Assembly (NCBI GenBank): GCA_040954595.2
Contig: CM082585.2
Span: 2,510,902 to 2,574,901 of the forward strand
Direction of reading: 5' to 3'
DNA length: 64,000 nucleotides
Source: Balanoglossus misakiensis
Lineage: Eukaryota > Animalia > Hemichordata
A program made the translations under genes and the position numbers. The first letter of the stretch is position 1; each line of letters starts with the position of its first letter. Positions 24,446 to 35,004 of this stretch are shown piece by piece. The notes beneath the pieces are model-generated. The model was not told the origin of the DNA. It did not search any database and was given only the letters and a program-made list of their open reading frames with translations.

Positions 24446-24971
24446 AATAATATTAATATTTAAATGGCAACACTACTATCACTAACAAACTAATAAAACA
24501 GACACAAGTGTTGGGGGTAAAGGTCAACTATTTTAATTTCTCATGTTGACCGGCTAAATAGCCTGAAAAACCGCCAGAACAGGAATTACAGAATGCAGAG
24601 GCGAAGCATGTAACACTAAAAGCGCTTCTAACGATAAAGCTCTTAACTTTGAATAACATTATCGTATTTTTTTAAACAATGGGAGGGAGGGTGGGGAATG
24701 TCCGCTGTCCGTCTGGGCAAAAAAACCACGAGGTAGCCTCGTCCCAGGACCAACTCCCACATCCTCGATCCCAGCTCCATTTAAACTCCAATAAAACAAG
24801 TGTTATTGTACACTTAAATGGCAACACTACTATCATTAACAAACTAATAAAACAGACACAAGTGTTGGGGGTAAAGGTCAACTAGTTTAATTTCTCATGT
24901 TGACCGGCTAAATAGCCTGAAAAACCGCCAAACAATACCCCCAACACAGGCAGTGCGTGCTAGCGCCCTTA

Positions 24972-25940
24972 CTAATCTGATAAGGCTAACGCCAGGGATT
25001 TGGCGACTCTACATTTGGTTTCCGAGGAAATGACAGTATAGCGTTTGAAGGCATTTGAGCTCCAGTCGCCTTGTAATTTGATGAGAAGAGGGGGAATACC
25101 CAAGTTCACCGCAAATGTTGCCCCTCCCCTGCGAAATGAATGACCCGAATACAGGGATGGTTTGTAGCCACAATTGCTCATGACTAGTCTGAGTGTTTTT
25201 GTAAACTTTGAATGAGTGAGAACCTGAGGGCAGGATGTGGGTGCATTGGCTGATGGTCGATATGAAAATAAATGGGTATGAGGTTCCTCTGATGGGGAGA
25301 GATGAAGCATCTGGTGGAAAGCTGCCACCGGACATAGGCAGGAGTTGGCAATTTGTTGAAGGGGCAACTCTAGTACTCGTTGGCCATACTGGATAGTTTT
25401 TGTGTGGCGGACCGTAATGGTAGCCAGACCGTTGTGAACGGACACATCATCTCTGCGCAAGTACTTACTGGAATTTGGCAGTGTTTGATCTTTTAACAAC
25501 AATGTGGACTTTCTGGCGAAGGTGAAAAATGCGAAAAGACAAGCGCACCAAAATGTGGCATTGAAGGGGATTGACAGATCCAGGTGTGAGTGAATGTCCT
25601 TCAGTATTGAAGGCGAGATTGGCAGTTTTTGGCTGGGTGGGACCCTGTGAGTCCTAGCTATGCCCCGCTTCAAAATACAAAGGAGCCAGTTGTTCTCTAA
25701 AGGGTTGGCGTAGCCAGCTTCAGCATGTAAGAGTCTAATAATGTTCAAATATCCTGGGAGGCTGCTAGGTTTTAGTGACCGAGCCAGGAAGACAATGTAT
25801 CTGCAGACGGTGAGTTGCGTGCAGGGCACAGGCCTGAGGCCGAAGTAGAGACAAAACCGGAGGTAGGCAGTACGTTGAGAGCTGTATGTTTTCTTTGTTG
25901 ATTCTGCATATGCTGCGTGCTTGTATTTGCCGATGTCCAT
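24972..25940 (-). CDS. Tyrosine recombinase
   Basis: Catalytic set R (FARKS), K (HTKT), HxxR (GHSFRRGGAT), W (GDWSS) and Y (FKRY). Overlaps the RNase H 3' end in another frame, as is usual for DIRS-order elements. Confidence 0.92.
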   Translation of the reverse strand: MDIGKYKHAAYAESTKKTYSSQRTAYLRFCLYFGLRPVPCTQLTVCRYIVFLARSLKPSSLPGYLNIIRLLHAEAGYANPLENNWLLCILKRGIARTHRVPPSQKLPISPSILKDIHSHLDLSIPFNATFWCACLFAFFTFARKSTLLLKDQTLPNSSKYLRRDDVSVHNGLATITVRHTKTIQYGQRVLELPLQQIANSCLCPVAAFHQMLHLSPSEEPHTHLFSYRPSANAPTSCPQVLTHSKFTKTLRLVMSNCGYKPSLYSGHSFRRGGATFAVNLGIPPLLIKLQGDWSSNAFKRYTVISSETKCRVAKSLALALSD

Positions 25941-27571
25941 ATCCAGCTGGTATTACTGTTGCTGCACAGGCCCTGAAGTAGAAGAGAGTAAGAAGCATCC
26001 GTCATATGGCGATACCAATCTCTTAGCGGGTGTAGCTGGTGATTGGCGAGAAGGTTCACTGCTGTGAAGTAGTGTTTGGCAGAGTGTAAACGCGATAAGG
26101 AGTCTGCGCTGTTGTCCTTGGTGCTCACGTATCGGGCTGTGATGTGGAAATTAAATAGTGCCGACAGCCAGAACAACTCGCGAAGCCATTCCATAGCCGC
26201 TTTGTTGCGGGATGTACCAGAGTTAATGGCGTACATGGTTGTGGTATTGTCTGTATATACCACTATGTGGTGTTTGTCCCAGAAACAACACCATCGCCTG
26301 CATGCAATCAGGACTGTATACAGTTCCTGTAAGTTGATGTGCATGTCTGCCAAGATAGGGTGGTCGGCCGACCACTGTGTATAAAACCAGTCATTCGCGA
26401 AAATACCTGCTCCCGCTATTGCGCATGCATCAGTGGTGAAAACCTGTTGGGGCAACGGAGTCTCCTCTATGAAGAAAGCCGTACCATTGAAAACTTTGCT
26501 CAGATTTGTCCACCATTGGATGTCCGCTCTCGCGTGCCTGTGAAGGCGTATGTGATGAGACTGCTGTGAAACTGAGTTTGACAAGTCAATAAGACGTCTC
26601 AAAAATGTGCGTCCGCCGCGAATAACCCGTGCTGCCCAGTTGAGTTTGCCAAGTAGTTGTTGGAGTTCGCGTTTGGTTGTTCGCCGCTTAGGAAGCCAGT
26701 GTTGCAAAAGGTCGCTCAAGTCCTGTAATTTGCCCTTATTGAGGGAAAGCGTCCGTGTGCGTGCATTTATCTCTATGCCAAGAAATGTCAGCTGCTGTGT
26801 TGGGTTTACCACTTTGTCCCAGTTTATTGTGAAGCCAAGGTTCTGTAAAAGTTGTAATAAAGCCAGAAATGCTTGCTCGCAAGCAAATTTGGAGTCCGCT
26901 ATAATCAGAAAATCATCACGATAAACAATTACCGCCTGGTACCCTTTTCTGCACATCATTCTGGTGACGCTTTGCGTTATGCGGGTGAAAATTTCTGGGC
27001 TTTTGGCTGCCCCGAATGGTAGCCTGGTGTCCACCATATAAGTAGAGGTATTCTGTCCTGAAAATTTGTAGCGGAGACCTGTAGCTCGCTGCGAGTCCGT
27101 GCTTATAGGGACCGAACGGTACGCTGACTTCAAGTCCACTTTCGCGAGATATGAACCAACTTTGCACAGTTGCACCGCGTGATCTATAGTTTCATATTTA
27201 AAAGTTGAAGTAGAAGCGTACGCGTTGACACCGCCTCCTACTGGGCGGCTGCAGTCGTGTATGAGTCTGACTTTGTCAGAGTTTTTCTTGGGGATGGCAC
27301 CTAAACTGCTAATTATTTGAGGCTTCTCCGCTGTGACACGGTAATTACCCACATCAACCTCATGGATAATTTGTTCCTCGACTGCCTTGCGATTAGCAGG
27401 GTCAGAGCATGACGCATAGTTTTTTCTGTCCACGTTTTGAAGGGGGGTACCAGGGGTAATGATATCGAAACCAAATTTTAAACCGTTGAGTATGAAGTCG
27501 CGATCCATGTCATTTTCCAGTTCATCATTCCACGTTGCCAGGTGATCAGTAAGAGGGCTAGCAACCTTATC
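25772..27571 (-). CDS. Reverse transcriptase / RNase H (pol); first ATG at 27508, frame open to 27571
   Basis: RLIHDCS, KVDLKSAYR, RLPFGA, YRDDFL (Arg at the usual YLDD position), TDAC, HINLQEL, TDN and ADSLSR. Confidence 0.9.
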   Translation of the reverse strand, partial: DKVASPLTDHLATWNDELENDMDRDFILNGLKFGFDIITPGTPLQNVDRKNYASCSDPANRKAVEEQIIHEVDVGNYRVTAEKPQIISSLGAIPKKNSDKVRLIHDCSRPVGGGVNAYASTSTFKYETIDHAVQLCKVGSYLAKVDLKSAYRSVPISTDSQRATGLRYKFSGQNTSTYMVDTRLPFGAAKSPEIFTRITQSVTRMMCRKGYQAVIVYRDDFLIIADSKFACEQAFLALLQLLQNLGFTINWDKVVNPTQQLTFLGIEINARTRTLSLNKGKLQDLSDLLQHWLPKRRTTKRELQQLLGKLNWAARVIRGGRTFLRRLIDLSNSVSQQSHHIRLHRHARADIQWWTNLSKVFNGTAFFIEETPLPQQVFTTDACAIAGAGIFANDWFYTQWSADHPILADMHINLQELYTVLIACRRWCCFWDKHHIVVYTDNTTTMYAINSGTSRNKAAMEWLRELFWLSALFNFHITARYVSTKDNSADSLSRLHSAKHYFTAVNLLANHQLHPLRDWYRHMTDASYSLLLQGLCSNSNTSWIWTSANTSTQHMQNQQRKHTALNVLPTSGFVSTSASGLCPARNSPSADTLSSWLGH

Positions 27572-28563
27572 CTAGGCATGATTGTTCGAAGTTAGCAATT
27601 TGTGGCGGTGTTGTGGGTGATCTTTGTGGCACCCGTCCTCGATGCATATGTGCGCAAAACGACAGTAGGTGCGGTTGCAGCCCGGTGGGTTTTGGAAATC
27701 GAAACAAATTTCCTAGCCTTTCGAATCATAACTGCGACCTTTGGAGTTGCCTGTGGTATTTTTCCCTTTTTGCTGAGGCGCGACTTGCCGCTCATCAAGG
27801 TGATAGAGTGACAGGTGAAGGTCTACGGCTCCCCACGCGAGCGAATCGGCAGCCTGCTTTTTCCTGCACTCGTGATCGTAAGTCAGGACCGATGGGATTG
27901 TGAATGATTGAGCGTAGTCACCAATATTAATTGTATGATCGAGATATGCCAGTGTCTCTTCCGTGGACATACCGCGGGCGATCAGTGCCTTTAAAATGCG
28001 GGCATTGGCTGATATCCACTGTGGCAGTGAAACTTGGTCCGGTCGCGGTCGTTGTTTTGCTGTTCGCATAACTAATTTTGTGTCTCCGTCGGCGGCCAGT
28101 TCAGTGTCGTCTGGTTGATCGAACGAACCCTTTTTCGTGGTGACATAGTCCGGAATTAGTAGGGGTTTTCGCTCACCTTTCCCGGGGGCTGGCTTTGCGT
28201 TTGTGGCCTGTGGTTGGTCGGACAGGACGTCTTTGAGGGCATCGTTGCCATCGTTGCTTCGAGGAGCTCATTCAGTGCCTTGTTTTTTGCCAAGTCTTGT
28301 GTGGTTACCTCTTTGGTGGCCTCGCCGGCGGGCTTCGGCGTGTCCACGGGCTTGGATTCCGCTTTTTGAGAGCATAGTTTGTTTCGCAACTGGCGAAGCA
28401 GTCCATGTTGACCGATGTGTAGTTGTAGGTCGACAATGTCTTGGTCGCTGAGGCACTACAGTACTTCGGAGGATGTGACCTGGGAGGTGGTTAGAGAGCT
28501 GATAGTGTCTTTTGAAAGACCCGCCGCTTCACACCATTCAACAAAGCTGTAATCTTCTGACAT
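27572..28563 (-). pseudogene. Ngaro-type gag with two premature TAGs and one frameshift
   Basis: Hand translation from ATG 28563 gives MSEDYSFVEWC... TAGs fall at 28456-28458 and 27713-27715, with a frameshift near 28250. Core motifs LLIPDYV, QWISANARI and YDHECRKKQA. C-terminal finger ICFDFQNPPGCNRTYCRFAHICIEDGCHKDH. Confidence 0.8.
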
Positions 28564-28803
28564 TGTAACTGGTGACTATTGGGGGTATGTCCGGGAAAGA
28601 TCGAAATTAAAGCAGTTTCGGCGAACGACATACAAAATGTCCGCTGTCTGTCTGGGCAAAAAACCACGAGGTAGCCTCGTCCCAGGACCAACTCCCACAT
28701 CCTCGATCCCAGCTCCATTTAAACTCCAATAAAACAAGTGTTATTGTACACAATATTTATTACTTATATAGCACATTACACGATAAATCTCAACATGCTT
28801 TAA

Positions 28804-29561
28804 GATGGGTCCCCCGTATCTTTTTGCTCGTTGCTATGGGCCTTTATGGGACACTACACTCAATTTTGATCGAAACCGTTATGAACGTCCGACAAGGGGC
28901 TTGTAACTTTTTAAAAATACACATGATTGTGTGCACACCCCCTGTCCGAGTATGTTTACGGCAGCTACCGCCCGGTCATAGGCCGCCACGCTAATACGGC
29001 AAAGCAGCGGTCAGCGATGGCGTGCGCGTCCTGTAACCAGAGTAACTGGATCGAACGCTAAAAATCCAATGTTTTGTACACAGAGATTTTGTACCGTTCA
29101 CGAAAATCCCTAAGGCTTTTTTCATAGGCCACGTACGCCAGTCAAATTTGACCTGCTTGTTGAGAACGCACTTCCGCACAGTGTGACGGATCGTTTTTTC
29201 GGTTTTCGTCGTGCTAAGAAGCGATACCGGTGGAAGAGTGTGTCCAAAATCACCCAAAATCGATGACTTTTTCAGGTGTGGTACGGGTATGCTGAAATCG
29301 TAGGATACAACGATAATATTCGAAATCAAAATCCGTCACGATCTTCCCTGGTTCAAGCAACTAATGAATACGTATCAAGTTCGTTTTTGAGGTCACGGAA
29401 TAAAAAGCCTTAGGCTTTTGAAATTTGACCTAGCTAATTTGCATATCAATGGCGTCAGGGGGCGCGCGCTCACAATCGTGCAGATTTTTAACTAGTTACC
29501 GGCCCCGTGTTAGACTCTGAAAGGCCCATAGCAACGAGCAAAAAGAACCGGGGGACCCATC
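28804..29561. mobile_element. Kolobok-like MITE (TTAA target, GA...TC termini)
   Basis: ~41-bp near-perfect TIRs GATGGGTCCCCCG..TCTTTTTGCTCGTTGCTATGGGCCTT. TTAA at 28800-28803 and 29562-29565. No transposase. Confidence 0.8.
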
Positions 29562-29565
29562 TTAA

Positions 29566-32175
29566 ATACCCATGCATATGCATTAAATACCTATGTCAAA
29601 GTGCAGAGCTTGCATCACCATCTCCTCTGATGCATCATTGAGCTTGCTTCGCCATTTGCCCTGATGCAAAGAATCAGATTCAATGTCATCGTTGCATTAG
29701 CAATGTCGAAGTACAGTGCATTTGGACACGTATTAAACTGGGCATTTACAATCAACTTGAAATCCACATATGCATTTAATACCCATGTCAAAGTGAAGTG
29801 ATTGCATCACTATCTACCCTGATGCATCATCAACCTTGCTTCGCCATTTGCCCTGATGCAAAGAATCAGATTCAATGTCATCGTTGCATTAGCAATGTCA
29901 AATTAGAGTGCTTTTGGCAAAGTATTAACCTATGGATTTACATTTAACATTAAATACCCATGTGAAAGTGCAGAGTTTGCATCACCATCTACTCTGATGC
30001 ATCATTGAGCTTGCTTCGCCATTTGCCCTAATGCAAAGAATCACATCCAATGTCACCATTGCATTAGCAATGTCAAATTACAGTGCTTTTGGACACGTAT
30101 TAACCCAGGGATTTATCATCTACTTGAAATCCCCATATGCATTTAATACCCATGTCAAAGTGAAGTGTTTGCATCACTATCTACCCTGATGCATCATAAA
30201 GCTTGCTACGCCATTTACCCTGATGCAAAGAATCAGATTCAATGTCATCGTTACATTAGCAATGTCAAAGTACAGTGCTTTTGGACACGTATTAACCCAG
30301 GGATTTATCATCAACTTGAAATCCCCATATGCATTTAATACCCATGTCAAAGTGAAGTGATTGCATCACTATCTACCCTGATGCATCATCAACCTTGCTT
30401 CGCCATTTGCCCTGATGCAAATAATCAGATTCAATGTCATCGTTGCATTAGCAATGTCAAATTAGAGTGCTTTTGGCCACGTATTAACCTATGGATTTAC
30501 ATTTAACATTAAATACCCATGTGAAAGTGCAGAGTTTGCATCACCATCTACTCTGATGCATCATTGAGCTTGCTTCGCCATTTGCCCTAATGCAAAGAAT
30601 CCCATTCAATGTCACCATTGCATATGCAATGTCAAAGTACAGTGCTTTCCGCCACGTATTAACCCAGGGATTTACAGACAACTTTAAATCCCCCTGTAGG
30701 CATTTTATACCCATGTCAAAGTGCAGAGCTTGCATCACTATCTACCCTGATGCATCATCAACCTTGCTTCGCCATTTACCCTGATGCAAAGAATCAGATT
30801 CAATGTCATCGTTGCATTAGCAATGTTAAAGTACAGTGCTTTTGGACACATATTAAACTGGGCATTTACAATCAACTTTAAATCCACTTATGCATTATAT
30901 TCCAATGTCAAAGTGAAGGGCTTGAAACACCATCTTCCCAGATGCATCATCAAGCTTGCTTCGCCTTTTACCCTGATGCAAAAGATCAGAATTAAAATCA
31001 CTGTTGCATTAGCAATTACAGTGCTTTTGGCCATGTATTAACCCAGGGATTTACAGTCAACTTTAAATACCCATGCATATGCATTGAAAACCTATGTCAA
31101 AGTGCAGAGCTTGCATCACCATCTACTCTGATGCATCATAAAGCTTGCTTCGCCATTTACCCTGATGCAAAGAATCAGATTCAATGTCATCGTTGCATTA
31201 GCAATGTTAAAGTACAGTGCTTTTGGACACGTATTAACCCAGGGATTTATCATCAACTTGAAATCCCCATATGCATTTAATACCCATGTCAAAGTGAAGT
31301 GATTGCATCACTATCTACCCTGATGCATCATCAACCTTGCTTCGCCATTTGCCCTGATGCAAATAATCAGATTCAATGTCATCGTTGCATTAGCAATGTC
31401 AAATTAGAGTGCTTTTGGCCACGTATTAACCTATGGATTTACATTTAACATTAAATACCCATGTGAAAGTGCAGAGTTTGCATCACCATCTACTCTGATG
31501 CATCATTGAGCTTGCTTCGCCATTTGCCCTAATGCAAAGAATCCCATTCAATGTCACCATTGCATATGCAATGTCAAAGTACAGTGCTTTCCGCCACGTA
31601 TTAACCCAGGGATTTACAGACAACTTTAAATCCCCCTGTAGGCATGTTATACCCATGTCAAAGTGCAGAGCTTGCATCACTATCCACCCTGATGCATAAT
31701 CAACCTTGCTTCGCCATTTACCCTGATGCAAAGAATCAGATTCAATGTCATCGTTGCATTAGCAATGTCAAAGTACAGTGCTTTTGGACACGTATTAACC
31801 CAGGGATTTACAGACAACTTTAAATCCCCCTGTAGGCATTTAATACCCATGTCAAAGTGCAGAGCTTGCATCACTATCTACCCTGATGCATCATCAACCT
31901 TGCTTCGCCATTTACCCTGATGCAAAGAATCAGATTCAATGTCATCGTTGCATTAGCAATGTTAAAGTACAGTGCTTTTGGACACGTATTAACCCAGGGA
32001 TTTACAGTCAACTTTAAATCCCCCTGTAGGCATTTTATACCCATGTCAAAGTGAAGGGCTTGAAACACCATCTTCCCAGATGCATCATCAAGCTTGCTTC
32101 GCCTTTTACCCTGATGCAAAAGATCAGAATTAAAATCACTGTTGCATTAGCAATTACAGTGCTTTTGGCCATGTA
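29566..32175. repeat. Satellite array, left segment (192/194/175-bp monomers, more divergent edge copies)
   Basis: CATGT(C/G)AAAGTG recurs at 30151, 30343, 30518 and 30712 (spacings 192, 175, 194). Confidence 0.97.
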
Positions 32176-35004
32176 CAGTCCCAACAGAATAGAACAACTA
32201 TTTGTACATTTCTGAATACGGCAAGTAGTACGTCAACCCTACGGGAACCCCTACGGGAACTATTGTTAGTTGTAGCAGAGTTTGCTGCAACAATTGTCTA
32301 AGGCCCATTTCCTTTTGTTACATTTCCGTAAAAACTACGGCAACTCCTTTAGGGCAAGCCATTAACAAGGGAAGCTTAACACCTCTACCCTAAATACTGC
32401 TGCAACACCTGTCAATTAGCCCCCACAGAGTGATGCCTTTTCTTCAAGGTGTTGATTATTTTGCTACAACTAGAGTGATTGACAGGTCTAGAACTAGAGT
32501 GCAACATTTTTGCAACAGGTCACTGCAACATTGTATCACAAAGTTTACAAAAGAAGCTCTGTCTGAGAATAAAATGGCAAAGGGCTGACATCAAATACCA
32601 ATGAAGTCAGTTTTGGAATGATGTTATGTTCATCGACAAAGTCTGAACTCTCTTGGTAACAGAACAGTCTGTGGACATGAACAGAGGTCAACACATCCCT
32701 ACCCCAGTGTTGTAGAATGCACATGTTTTGCTGGGGTTTCTTTTCTTTCAAGGAGCTGGACCAATTAATATTTGAGAGATACAGCATGACCAATGGAAAA
32801 TCAAACACAATGACGCATTTCACAATTGGGTTTAGCTTAAAAGACATTGGCTTTCATTTTTTTTGACCTGCTGCCCCCCCCCCCCCCCTTACATGAAGAC
32901 CCTGATAATAAATAGTAGGCTTGTTTACAAAATAATGTTGGCCTGCAGTACCACGTTCCGCTGCAGTTTGATCTTTAGAACAGACAAGTTTTGAGAGTCT
33001 TGACTATAATTTTGAAGGGTTTCATAAGTAGTAATGGTCTGTATTATTTCAATATTCTATTATTACGGCAATGGATATACACTCATTTTCCGACGGGCAG
33101 TGCTTGAACATGATGGGAAGTGACTGGCAGCAATTAGTTGGCAGGTTTGGGATGAATGACCTACATGTTTACTCATTATATATTCACGCAATTTGTTTAG
33201 TCTAAGCAAGCCCCTGCACTTGGCAGAATTTGGATACAATTTGCCTGTCAATCATTGTCTGGCTACCTCTTGCCCCCAAAGTCCGCGCCTGATAAAATAC
33301 ATTCAATGAGCGACCTTTATATCCAGACAGAGAGGGGGTGGCCGCAGTGAATGAATTGATGGTAAGTTTCAAATTCACATGTAAAATTTTAACATTTCCT
33401 GTTCAAATCCAGCCAGTTCAATGTATTGTTTAATCAACATTCCTGAAATAAAAAAGTTGACAACAAAGTGATTACTACGAGCGGGCATGCATGACAGTAT
33501 TGATCGCTGAACTTTCAACAAAATACAGTGGTATAGTGGTTTAGTCCAAATGCTTCTTTGTCAAGCTCTCGGGTGCGTGAATATTCATGAGAAACTTATT
33601 ACTGCGAACGTACATTCACAACATGAAACTAGTCCTATTATTTCAGAGCACTTGCCAAGTGGTCAAATCATGGTGGTAAAAGATGAGTGGCCGGCAAGAC
33701 CGGGCCTAGACGTCCTCCACCTGTGTCAAACGGCTTTTGATGTGAATAATACTTTGCATAAATTACGAGGTCAACATGTGTGGTAGTGCCGGTAGTATCG
33801 ATCGATCGACCTGGTAAAAAGATGAGCGGCTAGACATCCTGCTGCCCTGTCTAACAGCTTTTGACGTGAATAATAATTTGAATAAATTACGAGGTCAACA
33901 TGTGGCCGATTTCATCATGTAAATAAAAAGCACATGGGTCCAAAAGTTTCAGGCACTCTGATATGCATAGTGGTGTCAGAGGTGTTTCCCACACCAAAAC
34001 TTAGAAGACAGTCATTTCAATTACGGCCTCCTGCCAAACTCAACACATGCGCACAAAATGGAACTGCAACTTCATTCACAAATCTGCAGAATTCTAGTGC
34101 AAAAAACAGAAAAACTCAAAATACACATCGCACCATGGTTCACTCTGAATTACATGTATTTGGACTTTCACTGGGCCATGTCTCTGCTTGATAGCATCAG
34201 GTTTGCAACACATTGTTGCCAAATTTACACATATTGACAAGGTAATCAAAACAACAGGTGTTTTATTACTCAGGGTATCACTAATGCCAGGGAGGTCCAT
34301 CTGCGTCTATTTGGTCACCAGCATGGCACACGTCCTGTAATTATAATTGCTGTTTTGAGTGCGTCTTTACCTAATTTGAATATCCTGATCAGGTTGTTGG
34401 CCTTGCCCTAGTTGTCTCAAAATGTACATTGATACAAACAATTGCAACATATTAGTCAATACCCTGCCAACTTACGCCAAGTGTACATGTTGTTATGGAA
34501 GTTTATTTTTAGAACCGCTTGCTTTCTGCATAGGTCACAACACAAAACTTTGAAGCCCGTCAGCTAGCCCTGCATAGCGTATGTAAAGCTACTGAGACAG
34601 GGGAAATATTAGTAAGGTTGACAACTGACTTGCTCGCTATCAAGATTTAGAAGGAATTTATTTGCTTAGTGAGGCCAGGACATAAATTGCCCCCAACCAA
34701 GCAAAATCCACGTGGGTGGAGCTCATTATCACACATAGACATTGCTACAACTATTGTTCACATCAGGGTGATAATCACCTCCCCATTAGCCCTTCTTGCT
34801 GTAACACCTGCCCCAAATTGCCGTAATGGAGCACACATTCTTTTGTTTCAAACTACGGGAACCTTTGTAGTTGCCGTAAACTAAGACAAAAAACATCAAT
34901 TAACCAACAAAAGAGGTGTTGCCGTAACATCTCTGCTACAACACTGCTACAACTAGTGCGGGAACTTTCCCGTACAGTTTAGTTGTTGTACGCTGTTGGG
35001 ACTG
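32176..35004. mobile_element. Non-autonomous DNA transposon, CAGT...ACTG termini with TA duplication (Tc1/mariner-like or CMC/EnSpm-like)
   Basis: TIR CAGTCCCAACAG is perfect for 12 bp and imperfect to ~33 bp. TA lies at 32174-32175 and 35005-35006. An empty paralogous site GGCCATGTATTAACCC occurs near 31030-31045. Subterminal repeats TACGGGAAC and GCTACAAC. Confidence 0.85.

Larger units (their letters stand above)
24460..28751 (-). mobile_element. Ngaro-like tyrosine-recombinase (DIRS-order) retrotransposon with split direct repeats
   Basis: A1 28636-28751 matches A2 24697-24813. B1 24814-24930 matches B2 24460-24576. Order is A1-gag-RT/RH-YR-B1-A2-spacer-B2. No methyltransferase domain is evident. 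Confidence 0.92.

Noticed and set aside
32545-34884. Short ORFs inside the TA-flanked element as transposase remnants
   Set aside because: No DDE, HTH or CMC motif is recognisable by eye.
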